This document shows, piece after piece, positions 36,897 through 50,026 of a stretch of 64,000 nt of DNA. Under the pieces are notes generated by a model. It searched no databases. It had not been told where the DNA came from and worked only from the letters and a program-made list of their open reading frames with translations. The stretch's first letter is position 1, and every line of letters starts with the position of its first letter. This DNA is from Vitrella brassicaformis CCMP3155 (taxonomy: Eukaryota > Protista > Chromerida), in contig CDMY01000271.1 of NCBI GenBank assembly GCA_001179505.1, positions 62,001-126,000 of the forward strand. Direction: 5' to 3'. The position numbers and the translations under genes are program-made.

Positions 36897-37586
36897 GCCT
36901 GCCTGACCTTGGAGCTGAAGTTCTCTCCCGTCGCCCCACTTCTTCTTGGTGTCCAGAACAGTCGCCTCGCCGTCCACCACTTGGTGCAACTCGACCTGCG
37001 GAGAGACGTAAAGACACACAGAGACACCGGTGGGGGCCGACATGCTTCCTTTTGTGAGTCCCGCATACATACAGCATTGATGTTGATCATGATGACAAAG
37101 AAGTTCTCTGTGTCGTATGCCTGCCGCACAACACACGCAGACAATGTGTCTCGATTGGCTTTGCTTCACATGGATGCTCACTCGCAGCACAAGCCCGACG
37201 GCTCCCGCCTTGACGGCACCCGGCGCGCCGAGTGCGACGTCCACGGAGACGTGTGCCGACGGGCACTGGAAGTTGCGGAGGATGATGGCCTTGCGGAGCG
37301 ATGCGGCGGAGACAATCTGTGGCACAGGCATGAGGGGGCTGATCTTGGGCTGCAGACGAGACACACACACGCGCACGCACAAAGCAGATCGATGGTGCAG
37401 TAACCGTCTGTTCTTGTGCGTGTATGGATGTGTAGCTGGATGCGATGGTCCTTTACTTTCTTGTAGAACATGTCCTCAGAGCCCAGACGGTAAACAGCCT
37501 TGTCGCCGCCCTCCACGTAGCCACTGTGCCACCCTGCACAAACAACACGGAGACACACAGACCAACAGACACTCAGACGGCGACAA
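36897..37586 (-). pseudogene. Inverted near-identical partial copy of ~28197-28874 (internal exons of the secreted ConA-like gene)
   Basis: Reverse-complement match with a few SNPs and one small intronic indel. Lacks the signal-peptide exon and the 3' exons; bounded on the left by a (CT)n(GT)n tract. Confidence 0.9.
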
Positions 37587-37639
37587 TGTGCATGGAGGAT
37601 TTAATCGAACGTAAATGGCGAGAATAGTGAGCGCGTCTT

Positions 37640-39330
37640 TTTGATTTCTGCACTGTTTCATTTTCCGCATCGCGCCCATCCAAGGCCTAACGGCAATACC
37701 GCCCGCCGAGGAGCCACCTTCGCTCGACGACCTCCAGCACCCTTTTCATCAGCTCGTCTGGCGACAGATAAAGCACACATCGAGGAGCCAAGAGAGAGTA
37801 TCCTCGAGAGGGTCGGTTGTGCGTGCCATGGGAGAGTGATGCCGACAAGGAGGGCGACGAACGATTGATACATTCTATCCACAGCTCAAAGACAGCGAAC
37901 GACAGTCTCATCAGAAGGAGCGGGAGTCTTGGGATGACAAGTCATCAAGCACTTCATTCGGGAAAGTGATGGACTTCATTTTGAGGCATTCTTCCTACTG
38001 GGATCGTAAGCAGAGGACTGTGATTCAACCATGCTGTGTCTCGCCGGCATCTTTCCGCTCGAGGGCCTTTCGGCTGTTGATTGGTTGGTGTCCTCTCCTA
38101 AGCGTGTGACTGTTGCTCGCCTGGTGTGACTGCAATACACCGTCGGTCACAACTCCGCCAAGCAGGCCGTAATCCGTACAATCCGGTATCACAATGCAAT
38201 TACTCCTTACTGCTTGTTGCCTTGCATTGCACATGTGTGTGTGTGTGTGCTCAAGGTCCCAAGGATCACAAGGTGAGGCTGTATGTACCTGAGTATGGTG
38301 TCTTTGCATATCTTTTTTTTTCCCCTTTCAGTGCTGCATCCAGGAGGGGTTTAGCCAGGAGACGCTATCAAGGAATCAGACTGCGCGATCCCGAAGGACT
38401 TCGTGCTCATCAATTGGACCCATGGCAGCGATCAGGGACGGCAGATTGCACCCATGATGCGGAGGCTGCCACCACATCGACGAGACCTTCAGCTTTCGTA
38501 CTCGAGCTTCAGCTTCCGCGGCGTGTACAAACCGCAAATCCCGAGGGTCGAGAGAATCTCCGATGTGAGATCGAGAGCGGCATCTGCTCAGGCACACACG
38601 CTGGTATCGTCTCCTGGACTGGGCGGGCTTCTGGCTTGCTAACGCTTATGTACTCGAATGAGCCGCTGCAGCCAAACAACGTCCGAGAGCCCTTTATAGA
38701 TATGAAAGCCCCTCGTCTTGACACGGACCTTGCTCGAGACGTCATTCAAACAGCCATTGAGGGCGACGGGAAGCTTCTGGATCAACTCGGGACGTGATCG
38801 CGCTTCCTGGACGTCTTCGGCTATTCGTGTGTGTGGCCGCCATGCTATCTGGCGTGTGACGAGTTGGGGAAGGCCCCGGAGGTCAAGGCGGCCCTCGGCG
38901 GAGGCTTCGCCACTGAGACCGAAGAGGGCGAAGTAACTCGAAGCCGGGCTTCCACCATCAAGGGCATGATCGACAAAGACGCCCGAGAGCTTCGAAAGAC
39001 GCCCCCCGCCCCTCCTTCTCTGACGGGAGCTCCTCTTGACGTGTATGAGGATCTGCCGGGCCTGATGCGACAAGGGACTTGTGTTGAGGGACGAGGGCGG
39101 GCGACGGCCTTGGACATCCTCCTCCAAGACAAAACAGACGGCTTAGACCACGACAAAGGTGACGATCAGCCGCTCACCTATCGGTGTAGCCACTGTGTAA
39201 GCGCAACTGAGGGAATTAAGGAGAAAAGAGTGTATGTGTGTCTCCTCCCTCTTATTTAGGCCACAAGCAGGCCAAGCGAAGAGCGGAGAAGACAGCGGAG
39301 AAATAGCGGCGGGCTGAGTACTACTGGATA
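37640..39330 (+). pseudogene. Degenerate paralogue of the N-terminal domain of the 29.9-36.5 kb gene
   Basis: KDFV/QIA..YKPQIPRVERIS versus KDFV/QIA..FYPQLKDSERQS, and ELRKTPPAP..CVE..LQD..DDQPLTYR versus ELRKPAPAP..CVE..LQD..DDQPLTYR with the same downstream intron position. Homologous pieces lie in different frames and an in-frame TGA occurs at 38795. Confidence 0.65.
37861..38019 (+). repeat. 159-bp direct repeat, copy 2
   Basis: Near-identical to 30884-31042. Confidence 0.92.
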
Positions 39331-40538
39331 GCGGCGTCGAGAAATAGCGGCAGCCGCCTCACCCTCGCCCGAAGAGGAAGACGGCAGGCGTAGGGCTGGT
39401 TGATGGGCGGCCACTGTGTGCTGTGCAGGAAACCGGGGGTGTGAATATTCAGAAACGGAAGGCACGCGAGGCTGTGACGTGCCTGCCTTGCACACCCAGC
39501 CATGTCTTCACCGATGAAGTCGATGCCATCGCCACAAGGAGGTAAGTGGCCACAGACGGTGTCCGTCGATCTGGTGAGTGGTCACATGCATCGGATGTGT
39601 GTCTTTCTACGTCCTTTCTGCAGGCATTTCGATGCGCAGACTGGATCGACACAGTTGACACTGCTGTGAGTGACCGCACAGTACTTTGATAGGTGCGAGA
39701 CAGCCATGGATGGATGGATGGATTTCTCTCTTGTTGAATAGATGGGAAGCGAGACGGATAGAGGCCATCGTTGCCTACATTTTATATTGGTTGGGCTATT
39801 TGACCGACACGAGACACGCATGAGTCGGATGGTGGTTCAACTGATTGCCTTCCGTCGCAGGAGATCAGTGGATGGTGACACCCCCGTACTCGAACAAGGC
39901 ATTGATTGCTGAAAAGCGCGTCACGAAGCCCAATGCGTCTTTGTGTGTGACGCGTTGTGTTGACCCTAATCAAATGGATGTACCTGTCTGTCGTGTGTTG
40001 ATTCATCCTGTCCGTGCTTGGCAGTTTGATTTGCCACACCAGAGCGAGCGAGCGAGCGAGCGAGCGAGCGGGGCATGGATTGCTACCGCCGCTGCTCTTT
40101 GTCAAAGGATGCATAAGAAGACAAAGAGTTGCAACCATCAATGCGTCTTGTGTGTGTGGTGTGGACGGCAATACCCTGCGACGCGGTGCTTGTGTCGAGA
40201 AGTGCTTTGAAGAAACTCGTCAGTCACCCGACAAACATGCATTCATTCATCGAGTGGTCCGGCTGAGCATGTTTGTGTACATGCCGGGCGTTGAGGAACA
40301 TGACCGATGGAATAATACTCTATACTCATTCAATTCGGACCGCATCCATGTGTCCCCCAGCAGATTCTGCTCAATCCCAAGACCAATGCAATGCCACTTC
40401 GTGCATAAGGTTGTATGGACAATCGATCGTTTATGCTACTGAACAGACCCACACATTGCTAGTAAAGGAATTGGCAGTGCTACGTGCAGTGCTCCCAATG
40501 CAACACACCCACACACGTGAGGCGGCAAAGCAGCACAA

Positions 40539-42370
40539 CTAGGATGGATCGCCAGGGCCTTCTTTGCCTTCCTCTTCCGTTGACCGGCCTGGCGCCTGGT
40601 CGCCTCCTCCAATTCTGGCTCGTTTGCGCGGATGATGTGGCGGGAAGTCGATGCAGTCGGGCAGAGCTGTGCTGGTGTAGAGGTCCAGGACGACCTCTTT
40701 CCTCTTCGCGTCATAGTACAGGAGGCCCTGGTTGTGATCCTCGAGCTTGTCGAGAAGGAAGGCAATCACATCGTAAAGGAAACGGAGGCACACCTCTGGC
40801 TCCTGAAGCAACAACAAGAAACAAGAGATGGCACATGGATACCTCTCTCAAAGAAGACAGACATGGTTTCCTGTACCCATAGCGGTGTCCTTTTGTTGCT
40901 GTTGACTATCACGGGGATCTGAAGAGTGCTGCACAGCAAAGAAACATGGTGACACTCGCACAATGGTGGTTGTTGTGTCTTGCAGTGCAGGGGTACTCGA
41001 AGGTCTCGACAGCTTGGAGAGTGCCTCTGTCGTCTCGGAAGCCACCTGTGTCAGTAACAGGGAGAAAGAGAGAGAGACGAGGAGAGCACCAGACAGACAG
41101 ACAGACAGACAGGGCGGGAGGGTGTTGTTTGGGTCGATATGATGATAGCTCAGATAGGCGTCATCGCCACACTGCTCTGATCTCACGCCCACATAGGATC
41201 TTGGGCACGCCGGGCATGTATGACTGAATCCAATACTTGAGCAGCTTCCGTTCGAAGTTTTGTCTGGCCCGTCCATTGTCGATTCGTGGAGTGACCTTGA
41301 GCTCAACATACTCACCCTTATCTGAGCTCAGCACACAAACACCTTTATGGCGGTGGCACGCTGGTATGGTTGTCTTTCCTTGTTTGCGCAGCTGACTGAC
41401 CATCGATACAGTCGATTTCTGATGAGAAGAGTATGTTGTAAGCACCAATGCGCCTGTCATCATCGTACTCGGCAAGTGCTGACGAAACAAGTGTGTTGTA
41501 GTTCTGCAATGGTGACAGAAAGGAAAGCTCAGCTGGTGGCAAGCAGCGCGTTTCCCGTTTGTGAGGTCACCTCTTTGCCGCCACATGGCTTCGACAGATC
41601 TCCCCCAGTCACGCAATGCTCAAACTGACCACACAGCAACATATCCACCTACGAAGTCAGTCGGTCCATGCTGCAGCTCACCCTGTGTCCCCTGTAGTTG
41701 ATTTCGTGCGGGATTGGGTTCTTCTCCGTCTCCTCGTTGATGCGGACATCCATGATGAGGCAACCGTGACGCCTGACCATCAAACGCGACAGAGCAATAG
41801 CCCCGATATGCCTCTTTGCAGGTATCTCGGCTGTCTACCTGTAGACGGCGAGTATCCACGGAAACCGGTCATTGTATGGCGTGCCCATTATTTTGTTGAT
41901 ATTGTTCCTGTATGTTATCAGGTGGCTGTCGTACACGTCGCCGTCCTCGCAGAAGTGCGCATGCATGGCGAAAATGTGCTCGAGCGGAGCACCGGGGATG
42001 GGCTGGAAGGGATCAGGCGCTGGCTTCTTGGCGGCCTCTTGTCGCTGAATCCACTCATCGAGAAAGGCATTCAGGTCACACGGCAGCTGGGGAATGCACA
42101 GCTTGGCCTGCAGAAGAACGAGAGAGATGCAATGGGGTCACATCACAGACAAGCTGCTGAGATCAGATCTTGTTCATCTCGCACCAGACAGGATTTGTTC
42201 ATGCGGCAAACGCCTCCCTCAGCCTCTGACGAGCTGTAGCCAATCTCGCGCTGCAAACGAGTCCACAGATCCACCCCTCACCCCTGCTTGTTTTTGTTGC
42301 TTTTGCTTACTGGTCGTTCGTAGTCGATGTTGGTTTGCCGCCTTTGCAGCTCCCTCAAATCCACACGCAT
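40539..42370 (-). CDS. DXO: DXO/Rai1 decapping and 5'-3' exoribonuclease
   Basis: RPREIGYSS, LITYRNNINKIMGTPY, YRGHRFE, LFSSEIDCID, YVELK, KLLKYWIQSYMPGVPKILCG and PEVCLRFL..IAFL match the Rai1/DXO motifs in order. Confidence 0.93.
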
Positions 42371-42486
42371 CGAATGGCTCGAGAGAGGCTTGCGCGTATC
42401 TTCAGTCGACGCCATTTCGCAGCAGCGATTGGGAGCACCCTAGCGATACCGTGAAACCAAAGGAGAGGGATTCGCTAAAAGAACCG

Positions 42487-45400
42487 ATGGAAGACACAGC
42501 AGAATCAACTGAAGACAAGCACGTAGAGAACAAAGAGCATGCATGTGTGCTTACTTGTCACCTGATGCGTGTGTTTCTCCGATTGTCCTTCTTTGATTGA
42601 ATCTCAGACAATGAGGGCTCCACCTGGCGCCGTGCTGCAACCCATTGCCGTTGAATCATGGCTCGCGTGGCAGAAGGAGGCTTTACAACCGCTGTCTCGG
42701 GGACAGGCAAGATGCAGCGGCCCTCCTCCGTCTTCTTCCCCCTCGAGGACGACACGAATACTGCAGAATGCATGGCAGAACCGGCAAGGAGTACGGCCGT
42801 TCATCAAGGATCCCTATGAACAAACAATGCCCACAGACCTCACGCCCATTGGCCCTCGCCTGCCGTCGATTGGCGGTGCAATCAACCGCATGGATCCGCG
42901 CATCGAGCCTCCCCATCTGCACCTCAGCGATGGAGGAGTAAGGCTTCACCAGGAGCTCAACAAGAGCAGAGAAGGAGGGACGCGAATGGTCGGTATCGGC
43001 CCGCTCGAGGCGTCTACTCCTGTCGATATGTACGAGAAACAGGTTGCGAGGAGTGGTGTGGACTTGGAGGCCAGCGCACGGGCGGCGCAGGGAGGTGTCA
43101 CGGTCAATACAGAAAAAGGGCTGGACGAGCTGACGAGCAAGACAGATGGAGTGGGCGGCTTCGTCCAGTCTGTACCACTCAATGGTAGGCAACTAGTAGT
43201 AGGGCAGGTCAGTAATCTGATGCTGTATACGTGGACATTCAGTCCTGTCGAGAACTCCACCAGCAGCCAACCTCGTCAAGGTCAGCAGGACTGAAGGAGA
43301 TCCAAGGAAGACGTATTTATTCATCCATGCATACTGACATGGATGGCATTTGCCCAGCTGCATCACTACCTCCACGTGGAGGCCCCTCGGCAGACGGAGT
43401 GGGCAGCCAAGATTGTCTTCAAAGAGGACCAGCCACCCCGACCGCCACCGATTCGAGTTCAGACCCGGCCCGCCCCGGAAGAACTCACTCCTCCTTCCCC
43501 ATTCCAATACAGTGACGGCTCGGCGATTGACTATCATCGGGACTTCACACGCAAGATGGTTAGCGGAGGCCTGTCTTGTACAGAGCGCGGCGACGTGTCT
43601 CACCTTCTCTTGCACTGCTCGTCAGATGGCGTGGCAACGTGCTGTGCTGGATCGTAATGCGACGAGAATTCAGCGAGCATGGCGGCAAAGGGGAGGGAAG
43701 AAGCTGTCGTTTTGGCGGGGGAAGCCGATGGAGCGACTGTCGGCCAAGGCCAATCGATTCATGGAGTAAGCATAAGAAACAGGGAAACGACTCAGCCAAA
43801 GTATGCTCCGGCCTGTAATCAATTTGCAGCGGATGGAAGACAGCTCAGAAGACAGCTAAGGTAGCTTCGCAATCCATGCTTTTCCCGTGCCCCATGTGCG
43901 CTTGTGTGCTTCTCTTCTCGTCTCAGGAACGGAATGAGGAGGAGCAGCTCAGGGTACAAGAAAGAGCTGCCACTCTGTTCAAGTAAGGTCTTTACGGCAC
44001 AAAGAGCACATGTGGTACAGACGTGTGCTCATGTCGATCTTTCAGAGACTGGATACCTTCAGAAGAGAAACCGCCTGTCGAGGCTCTCCTTCGTCCCGCC
44101 ACTGCCCCGGTGGCACCGTCGGCTGTAGAGGGCCTTCTTGGAGAGCCTTCGCCTCCTCCTGCCGCCATTGCTGACTTGATCTCCGGTCGGCCGTCAGCGG
44201 CTCCCTCTGCGCCTCCTTCTGCTTCCCGTGCCCCTCAGGGTCTCCTTCCTGAGACGCCATCGGCAGTACAGGGTTTGGTCAGTCCGCCAAGTGCAATCGA
44301 AGGGCTGGTGTCAGAACAGCAGCCTCCGCCGACATTGGCTGGACTCGTCGACGAAGAGAGACCTGCAATTGCCGGCCTGTTGCCAGAGTATGGCGAGGCC
44401 CCAAGTGCGCTGGCGGGTTTGGTGCCCTCTGCGGTGTCGACGAGCCCCAGGGAAGAGAGGCGACGTGTGAGTGAGGAGACACTGCAACAGATGAGTGTAT
44501 TGCTGAGAAGAGCCGAAGAGAGACGCCGCAAGCAAAGGACAGAGGAGCAGCATGATCGAGCCAGGTAAGAAATCTTCATGCAGATCGGCTGATGTGCCTC
44601 ACGGATGCGGCTGATGTGTGTTCCAGCTCTATTCGTGAGCAGTTTCGGACGGTGAGGCCTGTGGCGTTCCATCAGATGCGCATGCGCGAGGAGCTTCATC
44701 GCACAGAGGATCGCAGACGCAAATCGATAAGGCAAAAAAGCGCAAAGAAGGCAAAGGTGGAGGGAAAAGCACGGAGACGAAGCTTGCTGTAAGCCCATTG
44801 TGACAATTCATCAACAGATCACTGTGCCGTGTCTATGCATCAGAGAAGGGCTGCTCGGTCCGACTCAGCTGGCGGACTTCTTTGCACCCCCCACGAGGAC
44901 GACCCCAGTGACACCAGCAATGATCCCGCCCCCTGCTGCCGTGTCTGAGGAAGAGGGGCTGCAGAGACAAACTGCAGCCAGAGACATACAACGAGCATTC
45001 CGGTCAGCTGTATGAATGGCACAGATGTCTTCATTAATGTTTGATGGTGGATTTCTTGCACATATCAGAGGTAGTCTAGTCAGGCAAGAAACAAGCGCTC
45101 GGAAGGCTCGACTTGCTCACGAGGTACTCTTTGGCTTCGAAGTAAAACTCGGCCATCTACTTGTTTGCCTCGTCCAGCAACTTGAATGGGGAGAAGCTGC
45201 TCTGTACATCCAGCGGCACTTCCGTGGCATGAGAGGCCGCAAAATGGCCGCAACCAGGCGCAAGGAGGTGAGCTGGAGCGCGCTGCGCTGATCATTTTTC
45301 ATGTAATTCCTCCATGCGTTATCAGGAGCAGGAGCGCCAGGCAGCGCTGTGTATTCAGCGGCTATTTCGTGGCCGCAAGGGAAAGACCATTGCTACCAAA

Positions 45401-48400
45401 ATCAGGCATGACGTAAGTGCCTGGTTGTCTGCGGTGATTGTCTTGCTGACGTCTCTTCTTTGTACGTCTGCTGTCAGCGCCTCAAGCATGATTCAGCTGT
45501 GCGGATACAGCGGCTCTTCCGAGGCAGGAAGGCGAGAGAGAGAGCCGACCAAATGCGATCCCAGGTAACAGAGACATCACCAATCCAAGCGGCCTATTTG
45601 GAGCATGTGTTGGATGTCAGGAGCTAGCGTCGGGCCATTTGTCCTTCCTCTCCATGGACCGAATCCTCGAGAATCTTCAGGTACGACTGCCTGCCAATCC
45701 GTCGCCGCGCTTCAATTTAGCCCTGCCTCCCTCTGTACATGTCTCAGCGTCGATTAGAGACAGTGGCGGAGAACGAGCGACAAGTCATGGGCAAGGCACC
45801 TCCCTCGGTGTCTGCACCCCCGACCCGTCGACCGACGCCCATTCGTCGCCCGCCATTCGCAACTACTCTCCCAGAGGAGGTGCTTGAACGACGCCCACCG
45901 GAGAGGCCAGCGATTCATCGTCCGCTGGAAGGGACAGTGCAGCCACAGTCGGCTGTCGTGGCTGAGGTGCACACGCTCACCAATGAGATATTGGAGCTAC
46001 TCGGGCAACCGCCGACTGAGTTGCCTTCCTATCAGCCCCAACCACCACAAGAAGAGGAGAAAAGTGACGGGGAGCTTCAGGTCGCTGAGGAGCGTGAGAG
46101 CGTCAAGGAAGAGGCCGCGGAGCGAGAAGATGAAGAGCGTCTCGAGCTCGAGCCAGCGAATCGTGCCTCAGACAAGCCATCTCGAAGAACAACGCTGATG
46201 TCAAAGGTCGCTTTTGCCACGCTTGCCTTCATGCGGCCACCACCTGAGAAGAAGGGCAAAAAGAAGAGAGCTCCGATGCCAATGCCCGCGATCACCAAGA
46301 AGGGCCAGAGGAGGGACTCGAAAGAAAGAGACGTCTCGCCAGTGCATGTGAGGTTGATGAGACGCCAGCTGGAACGCGTGGAGCGTGAGCGTGTGTTCCA
46401 GCGGAGACGCGACATGCTGAAGTGGAGGAGGCAACAGCGAAGAGACAAACGATGATACATGAGCCGCCGACCATGACAGTGCCACCTGCGATACAAACCC
46501 TCGAGCGTGAAGAGGCTCCCAGCTCATCTGACATCGATGCTGATCACGGCGGCAGGATTGAGACCGTCACGATGGCGCAGCGCATCATGAAGTAAGGTCA
46601 CCAAATCGTTCTGCCTCTATGTCCCTCTGTTTGTCCAGTCTATTCACTGTTCAAGCCACTGCTCCAGACGAGCACAGGCAACGATCCATCGCCACACCAG
46701 GCAACGATGTCCAGAAGTTGATGCGGTCCGTCAAGGCCTTCCAGACCGCCAAAGCTATGGCCTATCAAGCTGCCAAGGGGGATGGCGGCAAGGGCAAGGA
46801 ACCGCCACCAGAAGGAGGCAAGGCAGCCGAAGCTCAGCCATCCGCAGCAGCCAAGGCTGCATCCAAGCTCAAGAGGGTGACTGTGGCAGCTGCGGCTCGA
46901 GCCGCAGGCCCAGCAAGCAGTGGCAGATGGGGCTCTGAGGCCGAGTCGTCCGCCCCGTCGGCCGAGTCCTCTTCGTCCTCATCTGAGGTCGACGCCAAGC
47001 AGTTCAGCAGACTCAGGGCCTTGACGACGGCTCAACGATTCGCAAGGTAGTACAGAATGTAGACAAGAGCTGGGCTGAGACGAGAAGTGGGAAATGACCT
47101 ATTTTGTGAGCAGTCTCTTGAGCGTCCAAGCGACAGCCATCGATGACGAAACCCGCCGTCGGACAGTAGGAACGGCGGGGAGAGACGTGCAACGAATGAT
47201 GCGAGGAGTGAGGGCCTTCAAGAGCGCTGCCAGTGACAAGGAAGCCAAGTCAGAGAAGAAGCTCGTGGCGTTCAGCAAGGAGGAAGGCACCGAGGCAACG
47301 AAAGAAGGCAGGGCGGCATCGATGCTCAAGAAAGCGATCTCCAAGACGAGCGGCGAGGAGAGCGCCGTCTCAGCCAGCTCTGCAGCGGAGACATCGGAGA
47401 GCAGCGACAGTCAAGAAGCCGACGCTGGCAAAGTCGAGACGCAAAAAGACATGTCTCCTACGGAGCGTCTTGGCAGGTCAGCGAGAGTGTGGAGAAGCGC
47501 TTGAGCTTTGCCCATGGTCACGCCTGGTTTGTCTCTACAGACTGTACAGTGTCCACGCTTCTGCAATCTCTCAAGAAGGACGGACTTTCAGTCAGGCAGG
47601 GACCGACGTGCAGAGGCTGCTTCGAGGTGCTGCAGCGTTCAGAGCTGCAGGAAAGAGACGAGCCACCGCACCGTCTGCCCCTCCGCAAGCTGACGAGGAC
47701 CAGTCGCGAGAAGCTGCTTCAGCCAAGGCTTCGTCAGCTTTTCCAAAGAAGGGCTTGCCACAAGGCATTGCATCGAGGCTGAGATTGAAGGCGAAGAGTG
47801 CGGCACAGAGCGGTAAAGAAGGTGGCGAGATATCGGAGGTCGCAAGCAGCTCAAGCTCGTCTGAAGTCAAGGCCGAGGACTTCGAAAAGCAGGAAGGCGT
47901 GACGACCACCGAGAGAATGGCCGAGTAAAAGAATGAACATACACCGCAGACAATGCGCATTCTTTTACTCGGCCAATTCTTTTACTCGGTGTGCGTGTCT
48001 TTTTATTCCCTGCAGCCTACTGAGAGCCCAAGCTGGAGGTCAGTACAGGTTGCGATGTCTGCATTGGTTTCTTCTTCATGTATCCTGTGGATGCTTAGCA
48101 ATCGCGGAAGAGCGAGGCAGAAGCATGAGCACGGCAGGCCGCGACGTGCAGCGAATGCTGCGAGCGGTAAGTGCCTTTCGCATGAGTTCTCCAACCCCTC
48201 CTCAGCCTTCTCGTGGCGGCGAAGGGGAAGCAGAGCAACGAGAGGGAGGCAGAAGACGCGGAGGTTCGTCGTCAGCTCAGCGATTCATCAGGTGAAACCG
48301 TACCAATCGATTCACACAGCGAGGCATCTGTTCGTACCATATTCGTTCGACACATAATTTTCCATGCAGTATGTATCGAGCCGAGCGCAAGAGTGAATGA
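42487..48400 (+). CDS. Large IQ-motif (calmodulin/centrin-binding) protein with four C-terminal exon-encoded repeats
   Basis: IQRAWRQRG (~43670), IQRAFRGSLVR (~44990), IQRHFRGMRGR, IQRLFRGRKGK and IQRLFRGRKAR (45200-45540). Repeats AGxDVQ(R/K)xxRxxxAF at ~46700, 47170, 47600 and 48135. The start may be 42611. Confidence 0.75.
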
Positions 48401-48929
48401 CAGGTGTGTATGTATGTATTCCTTCCAATGCTTCTCTCTTTTTTCCCGTGCCGTTCATGTCCCGTGTCTCCCTCACAATGTTCATCAATTATGAGTCGGG
48501 AACGAATTCTTTGCCTGGTGGCACAGGCTGGTGCGATTGCGTTTGAGGCGTCACACTGTGGCTGTAGAGATGGGATTTGGTTCTGTGCGGGATGGTCGGT
48601 CATTGTGTTCAAGTGTTACGAGACTTGTGTAACCCCAAAGGGCCTATCGATATTGCGCACAAACGTGGCAGGACGGGGACAAAAAAAAACGGAAAGGGAG
48701 AAAGAAGAAAAAGGGAGAGAGAGAGAGAAAAAAAAGAGAGAAGGCTGACGTCCCAGACCCAAAACTTAAGTTTCACGCGGGTGTCACGTCTCAAACACTG
48801 GAAAACTCTCTCCACTCTGAAAACTCTCTCCACACTCTTGGCGCACGGAGAGGATGAAGGATGACTGGCCTACACTGTTTGCGAGACTTCCGTGTCAGCC
48901 GTACCAACCACCCGCACCAGACGACAAGC

Positions 48930-49843
48930 ATGGCTACCATGATGGTGCTGTCGGGCTATCTTGTCATTCTCTTGATCATCATCCCTTCATGTTCCGCTTC
49001 TGCTTCGCTGGAGTCGCTGCGCCTGAGATCAGGTAGGCTCTACACGGCTCAGTGCATGACGGGGCAATGATCCGTGCTGTCTTTGGATGCAGGAGGCTCC
49101 CTTGCCCTTCAGCTTGGCACGGCCAACGAGACTGACGCGGCGAACGCGACGGAGGGCCTCCACCAAGGTGAGCAGACGCACCTTACACATTGATTCACTC
49201 GACACTTCGTTTGCCTTCTGTTGTCTTGGCTGCAGCGCACAAGGGTGCCGATCTTCAGGCTAAGACACACGGCGGTCAATCGGTACAGCAGTGCCCGGGC
49301 ATGAGTCCCGCTGTCGTCGCGCAGCCAGCCTGTCATTTCGCCCATGCACAGTGTGGCCGGGGAGCTGTTGATCCGTCCGTCCCTTCAGTGACGCAGGGAA
49401 GCCTCAACTGCGTAACTGCTCAAGCCTTCTGGGGGCTTAGCGCGTGCCTGACCGATGGCGAATGTGGTGTCCGATGCGTCAGCCATGCCCACCTCTACAT
49501 CCAGGTACGTGAGCACAGCTCTTTCCTTTGCCTTCACACACACAGAGACGTCGATCTTGTGTTGCGTGTGCTGTTTGCTTTAGTTCTGCGGGAGGGACCA
49601 CAACGGTGACCACGGTCACTGCACATCCGTCCAATTCTACGAAGCATTCCGGGAAGGACTGGAGATGCAGTGTGGAGCACGCATACCCCACCGTCAACTT
49701 GGTAGGCCCAGGCAGTGCCCCCACGAGAGAGGTGTACGACAGCACTTCATGCCTGTATGGCTCGTTTTGTTCCTTCAGCGAATTGGCGCCCAACAGCCCC
49801 GCCGGCGCCCCGTTCTGGCCACGTCCCAAGTCTCGGCCTGTAG
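48930..49843 (+). CDS. Small secreted cysteine-rich protein
   Basis: Signal peptide MATMMVLSGYLVILLIIIPSCSA. Five exons splice in frame with about 9 Cys in the mature part and N-glycosylation sequons NET and NAT; ends PSLGL*. Confidence 0.65.
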
Positions 49844-49980
49844 AGAACTATGAAGCCTTCAACTTGGCTGCCCTCGACGCCCTTGTGACCACTTCGTGCC
49901 CATACATACAAATGCATGCAGTAGCTTTGTCAATGTGGACCCAGTGTAGTCTCTGGGTCGCCGAGGGATGATTGACTGAC

Positions 49981-50026
49981 TTGACGATTGAACTGTAGAT
50001 AGCTTGACGATTGAGCTGTAGATAGC
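49981..50026 (+). repeat. 23-nt tandem duplication
   Basis: TTGACGATTGA(A/G)CTGTAGATAGC x2. Confidence 0.85.
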
